Assembly: GCA_945837185.1 (NCBI GenBank)
Contig: CAMAMZ010000001.1
Span: 1-53,710, forward strand
Source of the DNA: an uncultured Bacteroidales bacterium
Lineage (GTDB): Bacteria > Bacteroidota > Bacteroidia > Bacteroidales > Bacteroidaceae
Direction of reading: 5' to 3'
DNA: 53,710 bases
Shown: piece by piece, positions 39,333 to 47,217 of the stretch
Layout: every line of letters begins with the position of its first letter
How positions within the stretch are numbered: position 1 is the first letter of the stretch
Notes under the pieces: generated by a model
The model's database searches: none
What the model was told of the DNA's origin: nothing
The model's input: only the letters and a program-made list of their open reading frames with translations
Program-made: the position numbers and the translations under genes

Positions 39333-40450
39333 TAACAAGTGAACAGTTGAAAGATGTGATGGAACGGACCGATGCGTTGGCTCGTTACCTGTGTATAGAT
39401 CAGAAAAAAGTAGAGTTTGAAGAAGAACAGCTGCGCACCCAGGCTCCCGATTTCTGGGAAGACCCGAAGCGGGCGCAGGAACAGATGAAAAAGGTTAAGG
39501 CCATTGAGAAATGGCTCACGGGCTACAAACGGGCACGGGAATGTGCCGATGAACTCCAGTTGGCCTTCGACTTCTATCGTGACGAGATGGTTACGGAAGA
39601 GGAGGTTGACAATGATTATGCCAAAGCCATCCAGATTATTGAAGACCTGGAGCTGAAGAATATGCTTCGTCAGAAGGAAGACCCTATGGACTGTGTGATG
39701 AAAATTAACTCCGGTGCCGGAGGTACGGAAAGTCAGGACTGGGCTTCCATGTTGATGCGTATGTATATGCGCTGGGCAGAAGCACATGGTTATAAGGTGC
39801 GTATCTCCAATTTGCAGGAAGGCGATGAAGCCGGCATCAAGAGTGTCACCATGGAGATAGAAGGTGGCGAATATGCCTACGGCTATCTGAAGAGCGAAAA
39901 CGGAGTGCATCGCCTGGTGCGTGTCTCTCCTTTTAACGCCCAAGGCAAACGAATGACGAGTTTTGCCAGTGTGTTTGTCTCTCCGTTGGTTGACGACACC
40001 ATTGAGGTTGTCATTGAACCTGCACGCTTGTCGTGGGACACGTTCCGTTCAAGTGGTGCGGGTGGCCAGAACGTAAATAAGGTAGAGTCGGGTGTGCGTT
40101 TGCGCTATCAGTATGAAGATCCGGATACGGGCGAACAGGAGGAGATATTGATTGAGAACACGGAAACACGTGATCAGCCCAAGAACCGTGAGAATGCCCT
40201 CCGCCTGTTGAAGTCGCAACTCTACGACAGGGCCATGAAGAAACGTTTGGAGGAAAAGGCCAAGATTGAGGCTGGCAAGAAAAAGATAGAGTGGGGCAGT
40301 CAGATTCGCAGTTATGTGTTCGATGACCGTCGTGTGAAAGACCACCGCACTAACTATCAAACGGGCGATGTTGATGGCGTGATGAATGGCAAGATCGATG
40401 AGTTCATCAAGGCCTATCTGATGGAGTTCCCCGTTACCGATGAAGACTAA
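39329..40450 (+). CDS. prfB: Peptide chain release factor 2, uninterrupted ORF
   Basis: SPF and GGQ motifs, GVHRLVR and WGSQIRSYV. Confidence 0.98.
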   Translation: MITSEQLKDVMERTDALARYLCIDQKKVEFEEEQLRTQAPDFWEDPKRAQEQMKKVKAIEKWLTGYKRARECADELQLAFDFYRDEMVTEEEVDNDYAKAIQIIEDLELKNMLRQKEDPMDCVMKINSGAGGTESQDWASMLMRMYMRWAEAHGYKVRISNLQEGDEAGIKSVTMEIEGGEYAYGYLKSENGVHRLVRVSPFNAQGKRMTSFASVFVSPLVDDTIEVVIEPARLSWDTFRSSGAGGQNVNKVESGVRLRYQYEDPDTGEQEEILIENTETRDQPKNRENALRLLKSQLYDRAMKKRLEEKAKIEAGKKKIEWGSQIRSYVFDDRRVKDHRTNYQTGDVDGVMNGKIDEFIKAYLMEFPVTDED

Positions 40451-40522
40451 CCTGCTGCTTCTATACTGTGTAGAGGCGCATGTAGCAAGCTGAATCAATG
40501 TACAATATAAAAATCAATAACT

Positions 40523-40663
40523 ATGAGCGAAAAGAAGAATCTGCGCCGAGCCAAACGTGAGGCACGGCAAGAAAAGGAGGCCAAGAATGTGGTAAGATGG
40601 ATCTTTGGAGTGCTGGTGTTACTGGCCTTTATATTCCTTGCCTATTCAATTTTTGCTGTATGA
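40523..40663 (+). CDS. 46-aa small membrane protein (below ORF-track cutoff)
   Basis: MSEKKNLRRAKREARQEKEAKNVVRWIFGVLVLLAFIFLAYSIFAV; A-rich leader; its TGA overlaps the CYTH ATG. Confidence 0.75.
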   Translation: MSEKKNLRRAKREARQEKEAKNVVRWIFGVLVLLAFIFLAYSIFAV

Positions 40664-41166
40664 GTGGGCAGGAAATAGAACGAAAGTTTTTGGTCAGGAA
40701 AGGCAATGCGTATCAACGTGTTGCCTTTTCGCATAGCCATATCATACAAGGCTACATTCCGGCCGAAGGGGCAACGGTCAGAGTGCGTGTGCGCGATGAA
40801 CAAGCCTATCTCACCATCAAGAGTCGTTCACTCGATGGTGGCTTGAGCCGTTATGAGTTTGAAAAGGAGATAACGCTCGAGGAGGCCACCCAACTCTTGA
40901 AGCTATGCCAGGGAGGTGTCATCGACAAATGCCGGTATCTGGTGGCCAGCGAAGATGGCAAACATACTTTTGAAATTGATGAATTTTATGGCGACAATGC
41001 GGGCTTGGTAGTAGCCGAAGTGGAGCTGACTGCTGTTGATGAGGCTTTCGCCAAACCCGACTTTATAGGGGAGGAGGTTACCGGTGACCGTCGTTTTTAC
41101 AATTCCCACCTCCTGCACCATCCTTTTTCGCTTTGGCGCCACACCTTGCCGGAAGCATACAGATAA
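40660..41166 (+). CDS. CYTH-domain triphosphate tunnel metalloenzyme
   Basis: EIERKFL, VRVR, LTIK, EFEKEI and AEVEL. Confidence 0.92.
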   Translation: MSGQEIERKFLVRKGNAYQRVAFSHSHIIQGYIPAEGATVRVRVRDEQAYLTIKSRSLDGGLSRYEFEKEITLEEATQLLKLCQGGVIDKCRYLVASEDGKHTFEIDEFYGDNAGLVVAEVELTAVDEAFAKPDFIGEEVTGDRRFYNSHLLHHPFSLWRHTLPEAYR

Positions 41167-41500
41167 GTTGCACGATAACTACCCCTATGGCATCAGCGGC
41201 AAAATCCAGCCATTCTCCGCTGCGGGTGCCATGGGTGCAGTAGGCTTGTGCCAATTCCACCAGTCCGCCAAAGCCTATGGGCAGTAACAACGTGCAGCTA
41301 AGGCTGCGCCATGTGCTCCCTATTCCGTGCAGGCGGTGGTATTCTATCCAAAGAATCAGACTGAAACCTCCGAAAAGCACACAGTGGGTCCATTTGTCTA
41401 TCAGCGATACTTGATTGAGCGGTGTTTCCGGAACGGGCATGAGGCATACAACCCATATCAGCAACGCCATGAGTAGGGTAAACAGATAATTTTTAAGCAT
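41078..41500 (-). CDS. VanZ-family membrane protein
   Basis: DKWTH, ELAQAY...RSGEWLDFAADAIG; start codon uncertain. Confidence 0.85.
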   Translation of the reverse strand: MLKNYLFTLLMALLIWVVCLMPVPETPLNQVSLIDKWTHCVLFGGFSLILWIEYHRLHGIGSTWRSLSCTLLLPIGFGGLVELAQAYCTHGTRSGEWLDFAADAIGVVIVQLICMLPARCGAKAKKDGAGGGNCKNDGHR

Positions 41501-41596
41501 ATCTTTTGCGAAAAACATAAATTTACTTACTATTTTGGTGTAAAAGTAAATAAAAAGCTATAAATTTGCAACGATTTTATCTTTTTTATTTTGAAT

Positions 41597-42955
41597 ATGG
41601 CAAACGATAGGGGAAGTTTTGGTAGTAAGTTAGGTATGATATTGGCCACGGCAGGCGGTGCCGTCGGTTTGGGCAACATCTGGCGTTTCCCGTATATGGC
41701 AGGCGAGAACGGAGGTGCTGCTTTCATCGTGATTTATGTGGTGTGTGTCCTTCTGTTGGGCATTCCCTGTATGTTATCGGAGTTCATCATAGGGCGTCGT
41801 GGGTCTTCCAATACCTTTCGTGCCTATGCCACGTTGGGCCAAGGCAAAGCATGGAAATACATTGGTTTGCTTGGTGTCCTTACCGGCTTTCTCATCACCG
41901 GCTATTATGCCGTGGTATCGGGCTGGTGCCTACAATATGTTTTTGCTTCCATTGTTGGTGAGTTGAAGGGCGACCCGGCTTATGTCAGTTCCTATTTTGC
42001 AACCTTCTCTCACGATGCCTTGCGCCCCATCTTGTGGACCGTTGTTATTTTGCTCATGGCCCACTTCGTGATTATCCATGGTGTAAGGGGTGGCATTGAG
42101 AAAGCCTCAAAGTTGATGATGCCCATCCTCTTTATCCTGCTTCTGGTCATTGTGGTGGCGTCCTGTCTGCTCCCCAATGCCGGTAAGGGCATTGAGTTTT
42201 TGTTTAAGCCCGATTTCGGCAAGTTGAACAAAGATGTCTTCTTGGGCGCCCTCGGTCAGTCGTTCTATTCCTTGAGCATCGCTATGGGCTGTATCTGTAC
42301 CTATGCCTCCTATTTCAAGCGGCAGACAAACCTCTTCCAGTCTGCCATACAGGTGTCATTGGTCGATACGTTCATTGCCATTCTCGCCGGACTGATGATT
42401 TTCCCGGCAGCTTTTTCCGTAGGAGTCAGTCCCGACTGTGGTCCGTCGCTCATCTTTATCACCCTTCCCAATGTGTTCAATCAAGCCTTTTCTGCCATGC
42501 CGGTTGTAGGATGGTTGGTAGGTTTGCTGTTCTATGTCCTGCTCTCTCTGGCAGCGCTCACCTCCTTGATGTCGCTGCACGAAGTGAGTACCGCCTTCTT
42601 CCATGAAGAGCTCCACATCACGCGGTCGCGCGGAGCCTCGTTGGTAACAGTATTGGCCGTCATCATGGGCATTTTCTGTTCCCTGTCATTGGGTGCTGTC
42701 CATAGCCTCCAGATAGGCGGCAAACCCTTGTTCGATGTCTTTGATTTTGTCACCGGTCAATTATTCCTGCCCATAGGTGGTTTCCTGACCTGCATCTTCA
42801 TAGGGTGGTATGTGCCTCGCAAGGTCGTGTGGGATGAGTTTACCAATTGGGGCACCGTTTCTCGCGGCTTGTTCCCCATCTATCTCTTTGTGGTGCGTTT
42901 TGTCTGTCCATTGGCCATCCTCACCATCTTCTTACATCAGTTCGGTATCATTTAA
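41597..42955 (+). CDS. Sodium-dependent transporter, NSS/SNF family (paralog 1)
   Basis: AVGLGNIWRFPY, GGAAF and GPSLIFITLP; TAAATTTG box at 41561-41568. Confidence 0.95.
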   Translation: MANDRGSFGSKLGMILATAGGAVGLGNIWRFPYMAGENGGAAFIVIYVVCVLLLGIPCMLSEFIIGRRGSSNTFRAYATLGQGKAWKYIGLLGVLTGFLITGYYAVVSGWCLQYVFASIVGELKGDPAYVSSYFATFSHDALRPILWTVVILLMAHFVIIHGVRGGIEKASKLMMPILFILLLVIVVASCLLPNAGKGIEFLFKPDFGKLNKDVFLGALGQSFYSLSIAMGCICTYASYFKRQTNLFQSAIQVSLVDTFIAILAGLMIFPAAFSVGVSPDCGPSLIFITLPNVFNQAFSAMPVVGWLVGLLFYVLLSLAALTSLMSLHEVSTAFFHEELHITRSRGASLVTVLAVIMGIFCSLSLGAVHSLQIGGKPLFDVFDFVTGQLFLPIGGFLTCIFIGWYVPRKVVWDEFTNWGTVSRGLFPIYLFVVRFVCPLAILTIFLHQFGII

Positions 42956-42973
42956 CACACAATATAACATAGC

Positions 42974-44332
42974 ATGACAAGCGAAAGAGGAAAGTTCGGC
43001 ACAAAAATAGGTGTGATTCTTGCCACGGCCGGTTCGGCTGTAGGTTTGGGTAATATATGGCGTTTCCCGTATATGACAGGTCAGGATGGCGGTGCCGCGT
43101 TCATCCTTATTTATATAGCCTGTATCCTGCTTTTAGGTATTCCGGGCATGATAGCAGAGTTTGTGATAGGGCGCCACTCGTCTTCCAATGCAGCACGGGC
43201 GTACAAGATGCTGTCTGGAGGCAAACCCTGGCAGATAATAGGCTATCTCGGTGTTGTAACCTCGATGATTATTCTTGGTTTCTATGCCGTGGTGGCAGGC
43301 TGGTGCCTTCAGTATCTCGTGGCGTCTTTATGGGGGCAGTTGCAAGGCGATGCAGCCTATGTGAACCAGTATTTTGTGGATTTCTCCACACATCCCATTC
43401 TCCCCGTATGCTGGACGATAGCCTTTATCCTATTGACCCATGCCGTAGTGGTGAAGGGGGTGCGCAAAGGTATCGAACGCATTTCCAACCTGCTTATGCC
43501 CGCATTGTTTGTACTGCTGATTCTACTGGTCATTGCCTCCTGTAGCCTGCCCGGCGCCATAAAAGGTATAGAGTTCCTGTTCAAACCCGATTTCAGTAAG
43601 GTCGACAGCAGTGTCATGCTCGATGCCTTGGGGCAAGCCTTCTTCTCGTTGTCGTTGGGCACCGCATGCCTCTGCACCTATGCGTCCTATTTCAGCAGAC
43701 ATACCAACCTGCTGTCTTCTGCCGTGAAGATAGCAGCCATCGATTCTCTGATAGCAATCCTTGCGGGACTGATGATTTTCCCGGCGGCCTTCTCTGTTAA
43801 TGTCAATCCCGATAGTGGTCCATCACTCATCTTCATCACCCTTCCCAATGTGTTCCAGCAGGCTTTTGGTGGTTTGCCGGCTTTAGGTTATATCATCAGC
43901 ATCCTGTTCTATGCACTCTTGTCGTTAGCTGCCCTCACCTCCACCATTTCCATGCATGAAATCGGTACGGCTTTCTTCTATGAGGAACTGCATATCAGCA
44001 GGCGGAAAGGAGCTTGGATAGAAACAGTGGTCTGTATTGTCATCGGCATTTTCTCAGCTTTGTCGGTAGGTGCCGTTGAAGGGTTGGGTGTGTTTGGAAA
44101 AAGCGTGATGGATTGTTTGGATTATCTCACCTCCAATCTGCTCATGCCTGTGGGAGCCTTCTGTACCTCTATCTTCTTAGGGTGGTTTGTGCCCCGTTCA
44201 CTGCTTCGTAATGAGTTTACCAATTGGGGCACCGTGTCGGTCATGTTCTTTCAACTATGGCTCTTTGCCATCCGTTTCGTATGCCCTGTTTGTATCATGA
44301 TCATTTTCCTGCGACAGATGGGAATCGTGTGA
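42974..44332 (+). CDS. Sodium-dependent transporter, NSS/SNF family (paralog 2)
   Basis: GSAVGLGNIWRFPY and GQAFFSLSLG. Confidence 0.95.
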   Translation: MTSERGKFGTKIGVILATAGSAVGLGNIWRFPYMTGQDGGAAFILIYIACILLLGIPGMIAEFVIGRHSSSNAARAYKMLSGGKPWQIIGYLGVVTSMIILGFYAVVAGWCLQYLVASLWGQLQGDAAYVNQYFVDFSTHPILPVCWTIAFILLTHAVVVKGVRKGIERISNLLMPALFVLLILLVIASCSLPGAIKGIEFLFKPDFSKVDSSVMLDALGQAFFSLSLGTACLCTYASYFSRHTNLLSSAVKIAAIDSLIAILAGLMIFPAAFSVNVNPDSGPSLIFITLPNVFQQAFGGLPALGYIISILFYALLSLAALTSTISMHEIGTAFFYEELHISRRKGAWIETVVCIVIGIFSALSVGAVEGLGVFGKSVMDCLDYLTSNLLMPVGAFCTSIFLGWFVPRSLLRNEFTNWGTVSVMFFQLWLFAIRFVCPVCIMIIFLRQMGIV

Positions 44333-44338
44333 TGGAAC

Positions 44339-45286
44339 ATGAAAGGATTTGATATCAAAAAACACTTCATATTACGGAAATCAGACCGCATAGCTCTGCT
44401 CTTCCTTTTGTCGTTGGGGGCATTGGCCATGTTGGTTGTCATGGGCATTGACTTTATGGGTGCATCCCGTAGCATGACTGATAGCGACACGGTGCGTGTT
44501 GCCAATACAGCTACGGGGGCACAAAAGGCAGCAAGCCAGCGTGCACCCGTGTATTACCGGCAGGAAGAACAGCGAGTGGAGCGTTTCCCTTTCGACCCGA
44601 ATACAGCCGACAGTACAGCCTTGCTTCGTTTAGGCTTGCAGCCGTGGCAGGTGCGAAGCATCTATCGTTATCGGGCCAAGGGAGGTATCTTTCGCAAGCC
44701 CTCTGATTTTGCCCGTCTTTACGGACTCACGGTCAAGCAATATCGTGAACTCCTGCCTTATATTCGTATTGCTGACGACTACAGACCGGCAGCGGAACGC
44801 TATGGCAGTAGTCCGGCAAAGCGCGACACTCTTACGGCAGCAGCGAGTGCTACAACTGTCATGGAGCCGCGTCCTGCCTATCGTGCAAAACTACAACCAG
44901 GTGAACGAGTGTCAATCAATGAGGCCGACACCACGCTGTTGAAGCGTATTCCTGGCATTGGCAGCTATTTCGCCCGACGCATTGTAACGTATCGCCAACG
45001 CCTCGGAGGCTTCTATGATACTGCGCAGCTCCTGGAAATCAAGAATTTCCCGGCAGCCTCCTTGTCTTATATGGAAGTGGATGCTTCGAAAATTACACGC
45101 TTGAATGTGAATCAGCTGACGTTACATCAGCTCAAGGCGCATCCCTATATCAACTATCTCCAAGCACAGGCCATCATCGACTATAGAAACAGCAAGGGGT
45201 TGCTGCGTTCCTTAGACGACCTCAGTCTGCATCCTGACTTTCCACCGGAAGTGAGGGCACGCCTACAACCGTATGTATGTTTCTGA
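44339..45286 (+). CDS. Membrane-anchored helix-hairpin-helix (ComEA-like) protein
   Basis: N-terminal TM, FDPNTAD, INEADTTLLKRIPGIG and three HhH modules. Confidence 0.88.
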   Translation: MKGFDIKKHFILRKSDRIALLFLLSLGALAMLVVMGIDFMGASRSMTDSDTVRVANTATGAQKAASQRAPVYYRQEEQRVERFPFDPNTADSTALLRLGLQPWQVRSIYRYRAKGGIFRKPSDFARLYGLTVKQYRELLPYIRIADDYRPAAERYGSSPAKRDTLTAAASATTVMEPRPAYRAKLQPGERVSINEADTTLLKRIPGIGSYFARRIVTYRQRLGGFYDTAQLLEIKNFPAASLSYMEVDASKITRLNVNQLTLHQLKAHPYINYLQAQAIIDYRNSKGLLRSLDDLSLHPDFPPEVRARLQPYVCF

Positions 45287-45606
45287 CTTTTGAAACCAAC
45301 ACCCTTCCTACGTTCAGCACTCGTTCAGCGCTCGTATATTTGTGGAGAAATACGAGTGCACATCGAGTAATCCTCGTGCGCAGCACGAAGCAAAAAGGGA
45401 ACATCTAAAGACAAACGGCAAAGTACCTCCCCACAATGAGGACGAACTATCTTTCGCGCGTAGATGCCATCAGATGACCAAGGCTATGCATGCACCGAGG
45501 TACAGGCTTAGGAGAGGGTAAACAGATGGGATATTGGAAAGTCGTAGTTCTTTATGAGTTCGTCTGTCCATGATTTCAAAGAAACAATGGATGGGGCAAA
45601 AAAGCT

Positions 45607-45654
45607 TTTATTTGGCGGTGAAATGCAAAAAAACTAATTTCACCGCTGAATAAA
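45607..45654. terminator. Hairpin downstream of the histidine kinase gene
   Basis: TTTATTTGGCGGTGAAAT / ATTTCACCGCTGAATAAA inverted repeat. Confidence 0.7.
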
Positions 45655-45681
45655 CGCTATTTTCACATATTGAGTTTGTCG

Positions 45682-46554
45682 TTAGAGTGTCTGAAGTGAC
45701 AGAACAAAAGCTACATGGCATCCTTGGCGCGGTGTATCAGCCAGTTCGAGCATACCGCCTTGCTGAATCACCATTCTGCGACTTAGAGACAAGCCGATTC
45801 CGCTACCGCTTCGTTTGGTGGTGAAGAATGGTACAAAGAGTGACTGGCGATTTTCGGCAGGGATGGGAAGGCCATCGTTACCTATATACAGACTCACTTG
45901 TTTATCGTGAAGACTGTCTTCAAGGACATCTATGAGCAACTTCTGTGCATTGGCCTCGATGGCATTCTTTACTAAGTTTATCAATACCTGGCGTAACATA
46001 CCTGCATCAGCACTGACTTTCAAATCAGGAGAGACGTTTACTTCCCATGCCAATTGGGGATAGGCTTTGCTGATATCGTCAATCATTGTTCGCAGAGCGA
46101 CTTCGCCCATTTTCGGTTTCTCCAGTTCAGACATCTTCCGATAGTTAACCACAAAGTTACTCATGTGTTGAGAAGTATCAAAGATGGCACGTATGCCATC
46201 CTCAAGTGGCGTCCCCTTTACATCGGAACGGTTCAACAATGACTGGCTAATGCTGGTGATGGGCGCTGTTGCGTTCATCATCTCGTGTGTCAGTACACGG
46301 GTGAGCCGCTCCCACGATTCCACCTCGTTCTGGTTCACCTGTTGACGGATGGTCTCACCCAACTGATTCAGCGTTTCCTGCATGGCGCGTTCGCCAGGCA
46401 GCAGGCTGTGTGTAGGCATACGGAAGGTGAAGTCACGATTACGGATGGCTTCCTGCATCAGATGGGCACGAAGACGAAGTTTCCGCTGATGGTGAATAAA
46501 TGCAATCAGCAGAACTACGCACACGATACCTATTATAATAAGAAGCCACATCAT
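45682..46554 (-). CDS. Small NtrB/NtrY-type sensor histidine kinase with a single TM
   Basis: H-box LTHEMMN, N-box NLVKNA, F/G boxes PFFTTK and GSGIGL. Confidence 0.93.
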   Translation of the reverse strand: MMWLLIIIGIVCVVLLIAFIHHQRKLRLRAHLMQEAIRNRDFTFRMPTHSLLPGERAMQETLNQLGETIRQQVNQNEVESWERLTRVLTHEMMNATAPITSISQSLLNRSDVKGTPLEDGIRAIFDTSQHMSNFVVNYRKMSELEKPKMGEVALRTMIDDISKAYPQLAWEVNVSPDLKVSADAGMLRQVLINLVKNAIEANAQKLLIDVLEDSLHDKQVSLYIGNDGLPIPAENRQSLFVPFFTTKRSGSGIGLSLSRRMVIQQGGMLELADTPRQGCHVAFVLSLQTL

Positions 46555-47075
46555 AGCCGTTTCATCTTATTGTAGAGCGTCTGTCGGGTAATTCCAAGAA
46601 GTTCTGCAGCCTGAGTGAGATTGCCGTGACAATGGTCGATGGTACGACGGATGTGTTCCTTTTCCATCTCATCGAGGCTGATGATTTCGTTCTGCATATC
46701 GAGCACATCCTTCAGCTTGCGTACCAGTTCATCATTGTCCCACGGCTTGGTGATGAAGTCGGCCGCTCCGTTCTTCAATCCCTTTACAGCCAGATTGACA
46801 TCGGCGTATGCAGTCAGCAATACGACTGGTGTCTGCGGATGCTGCTTACGGATGGTTCGAAGCCAGAACAGACCTTCGTTGCCATTGTTGACACCAAGCG
46901 TAAAGTTCATGTCGAGCAGGACTAAGTCGACGGGCTGCTGAGCCATCAACTTCAGGATTTCTTCGGGCTGGATAGTGGTCAGTACACGCTCGAAAGTATC
47001 ATCCAGCAGATAGTGCATCGCTGTCAGAATTGAAGCATTGTCATCTACGATAAGTATGGTTCCGTACTTGTTCAT
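46551..47075 (-). CDS. Response regulator, receiver plus Fis-type HTH (no AAA+ domain)
   Basis: ILIVDD, LLDMNF, LTAY and KPW receiver motifs followed directly by GNLTQAAELLGITRQTLYNK. Confidence 0.93.
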   Translation of the reverse strand: MNKYGTILIVDDNASILTAMHYLLDDTFERVLTTIQPEEILKLMAQQPVDLVLLDMNFTLGVNNGNEGLFWLRTIRKQHPQTPVVLLTAYADVNLAVKGLKNGAADFITKPWDNDELVRKLKDVLDMQNEIISLDEMEKEHIRRTIDHCHGNLTQAAELLGITRQTLYNKMKRL

Positions 47076-47080
47076 GGGTG

Positions 47081-47193
47081 CAAAGTTACTACTTTCCGTC
47101 TAAAAATCATACAAAGGGGTGTATGAAGATTAGACGATCTGCATCCAGGCAACCTAAAATGCTTGCAGAGTATGAAATAAACATCTAACTTTG
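47081..47193. promoter_or_regulatory. Divergent promoter region with two inverted 17-bp Fis-HTH-type sites
   Basis: TAACTTTG boxes at 47081-47088 (minus) and 47186-47193 (plus); CGTCTAAAAATCATACA (47097-47113) and TGTATGAAGATTAGACG (47120-47136) match 14/17 as an inverted pair. Confidence 0.72.
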
Positions 47194-47217
47194 CATCAGC
47201 GAAAACAAGAATTGAGT

